From Rhodospirillales bacterium (GTDB lineage: Bacteria > Pseudomonadota > Alphaproteobacteria > Rhodospirillales > Shumkoniaceae), in NCBI GenBank assembly GCA_028281785.1, contig JANQJG010000111.1, forward strand, positions 4,601-68,600: a DNA stretch of 64,000 nucleotides. The letters run 5' to 3'. The position numbers and the translations under genes were made by a program. Shown here in pieces: positions 56,202 to 64,000 of the stretch. Under the pieces are notes generated by a model. It was not told the origin of the DNA, did no database searches, and saw only the letters and a list, made by a program, of their open reading frames with translations. Every line of letters begins with the position of its first letter. The stretch's first letter is position 1.

Positions 56202-57954
56202 GCCCCTCCCTCGCCTCCGCCAGGGCGGCGCGGACTGCCATCACCAGTTCTTCCCCGCTGCGGGCCGGCGGCGCGTCCTCAATTCTCGGATTCCGCGAGG
56301 GTTGGATTCCCAGCATCGGAGCGATGCGAGCAATGATGCGGCCGACGGCCGGCGCCGCCACCCAACCGCCCGTCGCATAATTGAAGGTCCTTTTATTGCC
56401 CCGGGGCTCGTCCAGAAGAGCCAGTATCGCGTATCGCGGCGCCTCGATCGGAAATACACCAACGAAAGAGGAGATCAGATCGCGCCGTTGATAACGGCCA
56501 GCAACCTGTTTTTCCGCAGTCCCCGTCTTGCCGCCTATCCGGTAGTCCGCAACGCGTGCGTTCTGCCCCGTTCCCTCTTCCACCACCATCTCCATGAGGG
56601 CCCGCATCCGACGCGAGGTCTCCTCGGAAATGACGCGGTCCCCAGTACCAGGTTCCTGTGAAGGCTCTCGTTGAATAAGCGTCGGCCGGACATGAAAGCC
56701 ACCATTGACAAGCGTTCCGACGGCGGTCGCAACCTGTAGGGGGCTAACCGCAATACCGTGGCCATAGGCGATGGTGACGGTATTGACCTCGCGCCATCGG
56801 CCGGGAACGAGCGGCGTTGCAACCTCCGGCAGCTCAACGGACGGGGCGACCAGAAGGCCAAGGCGGCCGAGGTAGGCTCTTTGCATCTCGGCTCCCACAT
56901 CGAGCGCCATCTTTGCCGCTCCGATGTTCGACGAGTGCACCAGTATCTCGGGTACGGACAGCCAGCGGTTTTCGGGGTGGAAGTCTGTTATCGTGAAGCG
57001 CGATACCCGCAGGGGCCGACTGGCATCGTAGCCGTCCCGCAGGGTCACGGTACCGGCATCGAGCGCCATGGCCGCCGTGAACAGCTTGAACGTCGACCCC
57101 ATTTCATAAACGCCCTTCGTAACCCGATTGAACCCGGCCTCGCCGACCAGGGTTTCAGGACGATTGGGGTCGAATTCGGGGAGCGAGATAAGGGCAAGGA
57201 TTTCTCCGGTCACGACATCCAAGACAACCGCGGCGCCCCCGAGCGCACGAAACTCCCTGACCGCCGCCTTCAACTCCTCCCGCACGAGAGCCTGGACACG
57301 AATGTCCAGCGAGAGACGAAGGGGCTGCATACGGGAGCGCAGAATCTGGTCGAACTGGCGCTCGAGCCCGGCGATGCCCCGGCCGTCCACATCGGTCAGG
57401 CCCAACACATGCGAGGCGAGCCGGCCATGCGGATAAACGCGCCCCTCGCCATTCTGGAAATAGAGACCGGGAATACCGAGCCGATTGATCCGATACTGCT
57501 GATTGGGCGTCAGATTGCGGCGGATCCAGACAAACCGGCTGGCGGATCGCAGCTTCGTAACCACGTCCTGCCGATCGAGATCTGGCAGCACCTGCGAAAG
57601 CCTGTCCACCGCTTCTTCGGCATCAAGTACATCCTTAGGGTCCGCATAGAGCGAGGCGACCGGAAGGTTTGTTGCGAGAACGACCCCATTGCGATCGACG
57701 ATATCCACGCGGCCCATTGAAGCCGTCTGCACGGATGGCGCGCTGGCAATGGTTGGCTCGCGGTCCCGGTCTATGACCGAAACATCGATCAGGCGCGCGG
57801 CGATCGCCAGAAAGGCCAAGGCGAGGACCACGCCGGCGACGATCAAACGGTTGCGGTTTGTCTCCAGAATGGTTCCGCTCCCCGCCTCTGCCGTGAGAGG
57901 CCCCGGCTGCCAAGGCCGCCGATACACCCGGTAGGGATAGTCGTAGGACTTCAT
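56185..57954 (-). CDS. ftsI: Division-specific class B penicillin-binding protein (PBP3)
   Basis: An N-terminal TM helix, a PBP dimerisation domain, and the transpeptidase motifs STFK, SSN and KTGT. Confidence 0.93.
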   Translation of the reverse strand: MKSYDYPYRVYRRPWQPGPLTAEAGSGTILETNRNRLIVAGVVLALAFLAIAARLIDVSVIDRDREPTIASAPSVQTASMGRVDIVDRNGVVLATNLPVASLYADPKDVLDAEEAVDRLSQVLPDLDRQDVVTKLRSASRFVWIRRNLTPNQQYRINRLGIPGLYFQNGEGRVYPHGRLASHVLGLTDVDGRGIAGLERQFDQILRSRMQPLRLSLDIRVQALVREELKAAVREFRALGGAAVVLDVVTGEILALISLPEFDPNRPETLVGEAGFNRVTKGVYEMGSTFKLFTAAMALDAGTVTLRDGYDASRPLRVSRFTITDFHPENRWLSVPEILVHSSNIGAAKMALDVGAEMQRAYLGRLGLLVAPSVELPEVATPLVPGRWREVNTVTIAYGHGIAVSPLQVATAVGTLVNGGFHVRPTLIQREPSQEPGTGDRVISEETSRRMRALMEMVVEEGTGQNARVADYRIGGKTGTAEKQVAGRYQRRDLISSFVGVFPIEAPRYAILALLDEPRGNKRTFNYATGGWVAAPAVGRIIARIAPMLGIQPSRNPRIEDAPPARSGEELVMAVRAALAEAREGRVAAH

Positions 57955-57955
57955 G

Positions 57956-58312
57956 TCAGCGCACCTCCGACCGCGAGTTTGGATCCGCGAGGGCCGCCTG
58001 GAGTGCCCTGACTGGCCCCTCGTCCACGGATGGCCGCGAGGGGACCGGCAGCGGCTCGAACCGCGCCAATTGCCCTGCCACGATAGGCTTCAGACCAAGA
58101 TGACGTTCAGCAAGCAGAGCGAGACGCGACGGATGATTGAGATGGCTCCATTCGGCGGACAGCACGTGCAAGGCGCGCTTCTCATCCGCGATCGCACGGT
58201 CGAGCCGGGTGAGCTCCGACTCAAGGTCCCGCACCTGATACTTGACCGCGAAGAGCACAAGACTCAATGCAACCGCCAGCAAGAGCGCCAGCACAGTGGT
58301 TTGACGAATCAT
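57956..58312 (-). CDS. ftsL: Cell division protein FtsL (alphaproteobacterial type)
   Basis: 118 aa with a single TM helix (VLALLLAVALSLVLF) then a coiled coil. It occupies the canonical position between rsmH and ftsI. Confidence 0.8.
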   Translation of the reverse strand: MIRQTTVLALLLAVALSLVLFAVKYQVRDLESELTRLDRAIADEKRALHVLSAEWSHLNHPSRLALLAERHLGLKPIVAGQLARFEPLPVPSRPSVDEGPVRALQAALADPNSRSEVR

Positions 58313-59286
58313 GCGAGCCCCCCGTTCAACGCTGGAACAATAGACATGGGCCAGGCAGGCGCGTCTGTTCGCTCGGCACCTCTCAGTCGAGCCGAACGGG
58401 CCCGCGGATTTCTCGCCACTTCCTCCTGAGACGGACGAACGGCCGAGGTCCGAAGCGATCGGAAGGTAGGTTCGGGCGTCGAGGCGTCCTCCGGCGCATA
58501 GCGAGAGGGCCGGGGCGCCCGTCCCGAGCGCTCTCGAAGGAACGATTTGACCCTTCGGTCTTCGAGAGAATGAAAGGAAACAACGGCCAACCGCCCCTTC
58601 GGTCCGAGCAGACGCTCGGCGGCGATCAGCCCGCGATCCAATTCCCTCAACTCGTCGTTGACGGCGATGCGGAGCGCTTGGAAGGTGCGGGTTGCCGGAT
58701 CGATACCGTCCCGCGCCCTCGCCAGCACGCCCCGGACGATCTCGGCCAACTCCCCGGTCCGTCGTATGGGGTCTTCCCCGCGGGCATCGACAATCGCCCT
58801 GGCGATGCGACGTGCCGCCCGCTCCTCCCCATAGAGGTAGATGATGTCGGCGAGTTCTTTTTCAGAAAGCGTGTTGATCAAGTCTGCCGCGGTCGCGCCA
58901 TCGCGCTGCATGCGCATATCAAGCGGGCCATCGAAACGAAAGGAGAACCCTCTCTCGGGATCATCCAACTGCGCGGAGGAAATACCGAGATCCAACGCCA
59001 CCCCGTCGACCTGCTGACGGTCTGCCTCTCTGACCAACCGATCCATCTCCCCGTAGCGACCTTCGACGACACGTAAACGTCCCCGATAGCGTTTCGCGAT
59101 CACGGACCCACGGCGCACCGCCTCGGCGTCCCGGTCGATGCCCACGACCTCGCAATTCGCCGCGTCGAGGACGGCGCGGGCATATCCTCCCCCGCCGAAG
59201 GTTCCGTCGACATAGATGCCGCCATCCTTGGGCTCGAGTACCTGCAGCACCTCTCGCAACATGACGGGGGTGTGTGAGGCGGCCAT
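58309..59286 (-). CDS. rsmH: 16S rRNA (cytosine1402-N4)-methyltransferase
   Basis: HTPVMLREVL, DGTFGGGGY, DLGISS.QLD and VVSFHSLEDRRVK. Confidence 0.95.
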   Translation of the reverse strand: MAASHTPVMLREVLQVLEPKDGGIYVDGTFGGGGYARAVLDAANCEVVGIDRDAEAVRRGSVIAKRYRGRLRVVEGRYGEMDRLVREADRQQVDGVALDLGISSAQLDDPERGFSFRFDGPLDMRMQRDGATAADLINTLSEKELADIIYLYGEERAARRIARAIVDARGEDPIRRTGELAEIVRGVLARARDGIDPATRTFQALRIAVNDELRELDRGLIAAERLLGPKGRLAVVSFHSLEDRRVKSFLRERSGRAPRPSRYAPEDASTPEPTFRSLRTSAVRPSQEEVARNPRARSARLRGAERTDAPAWPMSIVPALNGGLA

Positions 59287-59765
59287 CAGGACGGGTCCTC
59301 CGACGTTTTTTCCGCCGGCCGACGCAACCGCAGCGTGGCGCCGCGAGAGCGCGCCCTTTCGAACGCGCGCTTGGCGTGCAATGCGTAAGCCTCGGGGTCC
59401 CAGATCTGCATCCTTGGGCCACGGCCGACAAAAAGAGCCTGCTCCTTGAGTCCGGCGTGTTCGACAAGCTCGGGGGGAAGTACGACGCGGCCTTCCGGAT
59501 CGAACGGCAGCGGATGCGCGTTCTCCAGAATGATCGAGGCCAGATCGTCCTGCTCGTCGGAGTACATATCGAGGTCATCGAGGCTTTCGCTCAGGCGACT
59601 CATGAAGTCTTCCCCACACGCCTCGACGCTCGGATATTTGAACGAAGGATAGAAATAGAGGCCGGCGAAGCCCTGATCCTTGAAGGCATCGCGAAACGGC
59701 TTGGGCACGGAAACCCGCCCCTTCTTGTCGATCTTGTTGACGTGCCTGCCAACCAGTAACGCCAT
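59286..59765 (-). CDS. mraZ: Transcriptional regulator MraZ
   Basis: 159 aa with duplicated SpoVT/AbrB-like halves: DKKGRVSVP in the first and a weaker DPEGRVVLP in the second. It is the first gene of the dcw cluster. Confidence 0.93.
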   Translation of the reverse strand: MALLVGRHVNKIDKKGRVSVPKPFRDAFKDQGFAGLYFYPSFKYPSVEACGEDFMSRLSESLDDLDMYSDEQDDLASIILENAHPLPFDPEGRVVLPPELVEHAGLKEQALFVGRGPRMQIWDPEAYALHAKRAFERARSRGATLRLRRPAEKTSEDPS

Positions 59766-59837
59766 TCGGCCCTAGAATCCCCGCCGTCTAACTCCCCAGC
59801 CGCGGACGCGCGCTCCCCAGGAACTTCGCGCCCAAAA

Positions 59838-59877
59838 ATGGGATATCATGGGAGCATATGGGAGTCAATGGGATACT
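59838..59877 (+). promoter_or_regulatory. Four tandem 10-bp units each starting ATGGGA; candidate MraZ operator
   Basis: The units are ATGGGATATC, ATGGGAGCAT, ATGGGAGTCA and ATGGGATACT, with ATGGGA at 59838, 59848, 59858 and 59868. They lie 73-108 bp upstream of the mraZ start. Confidence 0.5.
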
Positions 59878-60179
59878 CTGGTAGTACTTGGGTTAAGAAA
59901 GTGTTTCCAATAGCTTTCGAGCCGCCTGTACATGCGTCCGGAAAGTCAATCGGAAGACTCAGCGATTCCCGGTTGTCGAATTCGACGACACGATTTGGGC
60001 GGTTTTATGTTCACTTAATGTTCTATTCTTGGCGGCCGTCGACCGATGAATGCCGCGCCACGTTCGGGAGACGCCACGAGCCGACCGCGACGCCGGCCAT
60101 CCCCTCGACGGTGATGGCCGAAGACGCCTGGGATTTTTATTTGAGAACTTAAGGAGCTGGAGCCGGCAAGCCGCCGCGC

Positions 60180-60629
60180 TCAACTATTCCCTTGCCGGAT
60201 CATGTAGCGACGAGGATCGGACAGCGCCGAAAACCCATAGTTCTTGTAGAGCCCGTGGGCATCCCGGGTCGCCAGGATCCACCGAGAAATCTCACCCAAG
60301 GGCTCATAAGAAGTCATGGTCTCCACCAACCAGCGGCCCAAACCGCGTCCCCGGAAACCTTCCGCCACGATAACGTCGCTTAACCAAGCGAAGCGGGCGT
60401 AGTCTGTGACAATACGCCCGAAGCCGACCTGTTGTGTGTCGGGCGCGTAGAGACCAAATGCCAGGGCATTCTCAATTGATCGGGCAATGCTGTCGCGCGA
60501 AATACCCTCGCACCAATAAGTGCGAGACAGAATGTCGACGATCCACTCCTTGTCGAGACGCGAGGGATCAGTGCTGATGGTGAAGGCGTTCTTATGCCAC
60601 TCTTGGATTTTCATCGAGATTCCGCCCAT
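60180..60629 (-). CDS. GNAT family N-acetyltransferase
   Basis: Acetyl-CoA motif A: VIVAEGFRGRGLGRWLVE. An alternative start is the ATG at 60614. Confidence 0.8.
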   Translation of the reverse strand: MGGISMKIQEWHKNAFTISTDPSRLDKEWIVDILSRTYWCEGISRDSIARSIENALAFGLYAPDTQQVGFGRIVTDYARFAWLSDVIVAEGFRGRGLGRWLVETMTSYEPLGEISRWILATRDAHGLYKNYGFSALSDPRRYMIRQGNS

Positions 60630-60700
60630 TCTGTCTGACCGATCGCTGCGACCACGACGCTATCGCGCGGTGCCGACCGGCAAGTCAATGTCGGAGAAGT

Positions 60701-61096
<396 letters not shown>

Positions 61097-61102
61097 TAGA
61101 GA

Positions 61103-61130
61103 ATGGTAATACGTTGACGCCCGTGGTCAA
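61103..61130 (-). promoter_or_regulatory. Candidate sigma70-type promoter for rnpB
   Basis: On the minus strand: TTGACC (61130-61125), a 16-nt spacer, then TACCAT (61108-61103). The predicted mature 5' end is ~7-12 nt downstream. Confidence 0.4.
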
Positions 61131-61244
61131 GAGTTGCGGCCTCGGCGGGCTTCTGCTTGTCCAGTCGTGGCAGTCCCGGCCATCGGTGGTTTTCTCAGTC
61201 GCGCGGCAGTGCCTCGCACACGGATGTCCCGGATACTCAGCCGG

Positions 61245-61967
61245 TCAAGCGACCGAAAAGCCCAAGGCCTCCATATCAGCGCCGACAATCGAGAGCAGGG
61301 CTCTCAAACGACCCACTGTTTCGGCATCGGCTTCGCCATCAATCAGCTCTGGCCGATAGTGCCGCTGGAATGCCGCCACCGTCCTGGAAATGTCCACGGT
61401 CTCGTAACCGTAGGCACTCAGCATGGCCGCAACCGTTGCCGCGTCGGCGCCACATGCCTCCGCGACCGTCGGCCAAAGCCCGATTCCGGCCTCGGCCAGT
61501 CGGCGCCAGTCAAACAGCTCACCGGGATCGGTCTTGCGCCGGGGCGCGACGTCCGAGTGCCCGACCACATTGCGCGGCGGGATGGCGTGCCGGTCGAGTA
61601 TGCCCTGCGCAAGCTCGATCAGCGTCACCATCTGGGAGTCGGGAAAGGGGCGATATCCGAACTCGTGCCCGGGATTGACGATTTCGATCCCGATAGATCG
61701 GGAGTTGATATCGGAGGCCCCCCGCCAGAAACTGACCCCGGCATGCCAAGCCCGTTTGCTCTCCGGCACCAGGGAAAAGATCGTGCCGTCCTCGTCGACA
61801 AGATAGTGGGCGCTGACCCGCGCCGCGGGGTCGCAAAGCCGCGAAAGAGCAGCCTCGGCGCTCTGCATGCCGGTGTAATGGAGGACGAGGACATCCAGCG
61901 TGACGCCGTCCGGGCGATCGTCGTAGTTGACGGATCGATAGTCGCGCGAGGCCTCGGCCCGGATCAT
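61245..61967 (-). CDS. N-acetylmuramoyl-L-alanine amidase (amidase_2 / AmpD-like) with C-terminal PG-binding-like repeat
   Basis: LVLHYTGM, SAHYLVDEDG, AWHAGVSFW and GHSDVAP.RKTDPG are the amidase_2 Zn-site contexts. It shares an ATGA overlap with the upstream gene. Confidence 0.85.
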   Translation of the reverse strand: MIRAEASRDYRSVNYDDRPDGVTLDVLVLHYTGMQSAEAALSRLCDPAARVSAHYLVDEDGTIFSLVPESKRAWHAGVSFWRGASDINSRSIGIEIVNPGHEFGYRPFPDSQMVTLIELAQGILDRHAIPPRNVVGHSDVAPRRKTDPGELFDWRRLAEAGIGLWPTVAEACGADAATVAAMLSAYGYETVDISRTVAAFQRHYRPELIDGEADAETVGRLRALLSIVGADMEALGFSVA

Positions 61968-62722
61968 CGCAGTTCCCGATCCTTTTCGATACGATCATAA
62001 GCCGCGTTGATCGTCGCCATCTTATCGGTAGCGACGTCGATGAACTCCTGGGGCATCCCCTGAGCGACCAGACGATCCGGATGGTTCGCCCGGATGAGGT
62101 TGCGGTAGGCGCTCTTGATCTCGGCGTCGGTCGCCGAAGGAGAAAGACCGAGAACCTGATAGGGATCCGCTTCCTCAACACCGACATGACTTGCACGGAT
62201 ACGCTCGAACGCCGGCTGATCGAATCCGAAAATCCGGGCCACGCGGGCCAGATAGTTTAGTTCGGCCGCGTTCACGCCGCCGGTCGCCCTGGCGATATGG
62301 AACAGGCCACCAAGGAGTTCCTCGAGCACGGCAGGTTGCTGGGCGAACAATTCGGCAATCTGGACCGCGTAGGGTTCGAATCCGCCGGGATCGCTCTTGG
62401 CTTCATTAAACAGGCGGCCCACCGCCTCGACCTCTTGCGGAGGGATCCGAAACACCTCGCGAAAGGCGCGGATCTCCTCCCGCGAGACATGGCCGTCGGC
62501 CTTCGCCATTTTTGCGCCCAAGGCGATGACGGCGACCGTGAACGCCACCTGCCGGTCAGCCAGGGTATCGGGACGGCTTGAGGAGATTGCGGTCCCGCCC
62601 CGCGTCTTGTCCACCATAAGGTGACCGGCAACCGCGCCCAGCAAAGCCCCGAGCGGCCCGCCCAATGCGAACCCGGCGAACCCGCCGACGAGTTTTCCCC
62701 AGATGCTCACGTCCTCATCCAA
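61964..62722 (-). CDS. djlA: DjlA-like co-chaperone (N-terminal TM, TerB-like domain, C-terminal J domain)
   Basis: C-terminal DPYQVLGLSPSATDAEIKSAYRNLIRANHPDR (HPD J-domain), a Gly-rich N-terminal TM helix and a central TerB-like region. The predicted start is TTG and its position is uncertain. Confidence 0.8.
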   Translation of the reverse strand: MDEDVSIWGKLVGGFAGFALGGPLGALLGAVAGHLMVDKTRGGTAISSSRPDTLADRQVAFTVAVIALGAKMAKADGHVSREEIRAFREVFRIPPQEVEAVGRLFNEAKSDPGGFEPYAVQIAELFAQQPAVLEELLGGLFHIARATGGVNAAELNYLARVARIFGFDQPAFERIRASHVGVEEADPYQVLGLSPSATDAEIKSAYRNLIRANHPDRLVAQGMPQEFIDVATDKMATINAAYDRIEKDRELR

Positions 62723-62742
62723 ACAGTTCTTTCTTCCCGCCC

Positions 62743-62824
62743 GCTTTAGGGCCTGTTGACATTCATCGCGACGATTTTGGTCTCGAATAAGATCGATGCG
62801 GTAAATGTCAACAGGCCCTAAAGC
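62743..62824. repeat. 21-bp perfect inverted repeat with 40-nt spacer
   Basis: GCTTTAGGGCCTGTTGACATT (62743-62763) and AATGTCAACAGGCCCTAAAGC (62804-62824) are exact reverse complements. Each arm contains TTGACA. It lies between the DUF3750 gene stop and the djlA-like start. Confidence 0.7.
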
Positions 62825-62926
62825 ATGATGCCATGAGGTATGCTCGAGGCGCGGGCAGCATAGCTCGAAAGCAGGTTAGGGGGAATTTGCAAACGCCGCA
62901 GCCATTGCGGACACGCGCGGTCGGCC

Positions 62927-63679
62927 TTAGCCACCGAACCCGATGCGACCAAATCCCGGTAGTTTCACGGCCAAGTCGAGCGGATCGATACCAAATGTAA
63001 AGCCGAGGATGTTGACCTCGAGCCCTTCTTCCGCCGCCACCAGAAGCCCGAATACCCCGAACAACGAGAACTGATATCCCGTTCCGCTGGGCGTCTGGGC
63101 GAAAAAGCCGCCCTTCGGAATATAGTCCTTGCCGATGGCGGTCGGGGGCAGGTCGACCCGCAGTTCGGGAATCCCTCGGGCAACATGTGCAATGAAGGTG
63201 TTGCTGTTGGGGCCCGGCCACACGCGATACTCATCGGCATGCGGGTAGCTGCGAACCGCGTGGCCTATCCGCTTGATAATCTCGTTGGCGCTGTCACCCC
63301 GCACATCCGAGACGATCATCGGGTCCGACCCGAACCAACGGCCGTCCGCATCGCGATTGCTGACGGCCACCGCACTCTGCCCGCGATAGGCTCGCCATCC
63401 GATCACCTCATACACGGTGTAGTCGGATGCGTTCTCTGGCTTGACGGCAATCCAGCTATGAACGCCGAACCACCCCCTCCACCCCCAGGCCCGAGCGGCA
63501 TAGACTTGCACGACAGCTTCTCGCGTTGCCATCGGATCCGGCGCGATACCGACAGACGCCCGGCTCGCGCTGCGCCAATCTCCAGCCCCGGCATTCATCC
63601 ACATGCTCGACGCCGCGATGAGCCCAAACACCAAACCAGAGCCAACCAATCCGTGTCGCCAAACCCGTTTCATCGGCAT
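62927..63679 (-). CDS. DUF3750-like exported protein
   Basis: A signal/anchor (GLVGSGLVFGLIAASSMW) followed by VVQVYAARAWGWRGWFGVHSWIAVKPENASDYTVYEVIGW, which resembles DUF3750. ATG at 63679 or 63673 is preferred over the ORF-track start. Confidence 0.6.
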   Translation of the reverse strand: MPMKRVWRHGLVGSGLVFGLIAASSMWMNAGAGDWRSASRASVGIAPDPMATREAVVQVYAARAWGWRGWFGVHSWIAVKPENASDYTVYEVIGWRAYRGQSAVAVSNRDADGRWFGSDPMIVSDVRGDSANEIIKRIGHAVRSYPHADEYRVWPGPNSNTFIAHVARGIPELRVDLPPTAIGKDYIPKGGFFAQTPSGTGYQFSLFGVFGLLVAAEEGLEVNILGFTFGIDPLDLAVKLPGFGRIGFGG

Positions 63680-64000
63680 TACAAATGGGTGATATACGAC
63701 ATTCCGCCAAGAGGGATTGGACGTTTCGGTTCGCATATTTCTCAAACAAATAACGTCATGCAAGGTGCCGTTATGTAGAATCCCATCCAAACAATGTTTG
63801 GAAATTCTGATCTTACGAAAGGACTTTTCTTCTAGCTGACGACATCCGGTCCTATTCGAGCAAGCCGGTCGAACTTGCTAACCCTTTTGAATTCAGGGTT
63901 TTATTAGCTTCCGGGCGTTTGACGAAGGGTATTGTAGGGTATAGACTGCCACGAGGCATCCTTATCGGACTTTTGCCGGCATCCGGAGACCGTCTCTTGA

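Noticed and set aside
59838-60152. A 104-aa ORF upstream of mraZ starting MGYHGSIWESMGYSGSTW.
   Set aside because: Its repetitive N-terminus is just the translation of the 10-bp ATGGGA repeats. The rest has no motif and atypical composition. The region is better explained as the mra regulatory region.

Overview
This is a GC-rich, densely coding chromosomal segment. Gene content and order look alphaproteobacterial; that is an inference from hallmarks such as the split F0 atpI-B-E-F'-F operon, a glyQS-ppdK block, DciA/DUF721, DUF2336, and a dcw cluster continuing into lpxC-bamD-recN-ligA. I see about 58 protein genes, one tRNA-Pro(CGG) and an RNase P RNA that the ORF track cannot show.

Main blocks, left to right:
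- A GT9 glycosyltransferase, ygfZ and a methyltransferase.
- An arsR-arsC-acr3 arsenic operon with a perfect operator palindrome.
- ppdK and glyS/glyQ.
- An isolated squalene-hopene cyclase behind a TetR regulator.
- An S49 peptidase region, ispB and tRNA-Pro.
- A somewhat accessory-looking block: an orphan DctP-type binding protein, a MetAP, a palindromic element, DUF2336 and a cytochrome c.
- A Usp / TAXI-TRAP operon, then apt, mutY, dciA, dsbA and smc.
- The ATP synthase F0 operon.
- The complete division/cell-wall cluster, mraZ to ftsZ, on the minus strand.
- A GNAT gene, rnpB, an AmpD-type amidase, a DjlA-like J-protein and DUF3750.

I found no CRISPR array, integrase, transposase, toxin-antitoxin pair or recognisable defence island. 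I do not think this window contains a novel multi-gene system.

The items most worth a second look are small-scale:
- An in-frame REP-like palindromic element inside the essential glyS gene, plus a second insertion flanking the same motif.
- A 46-bp palindrome abutting the TetR start codon, whose upstream arm is a perfect anti-Shine-Dalgarno.
- Four exact 10-bp-phased ATGGGA repeats upstream of mraZ, which may be a MraZ operator.
- A ~140-bp palindromic element between convergent genes.
- A 21-bp perfect inverted repeat upstream of the djlA-like gene.

Many long alternative-frame or antisense ORFs in the track are high-GC artefacts and were rejected.
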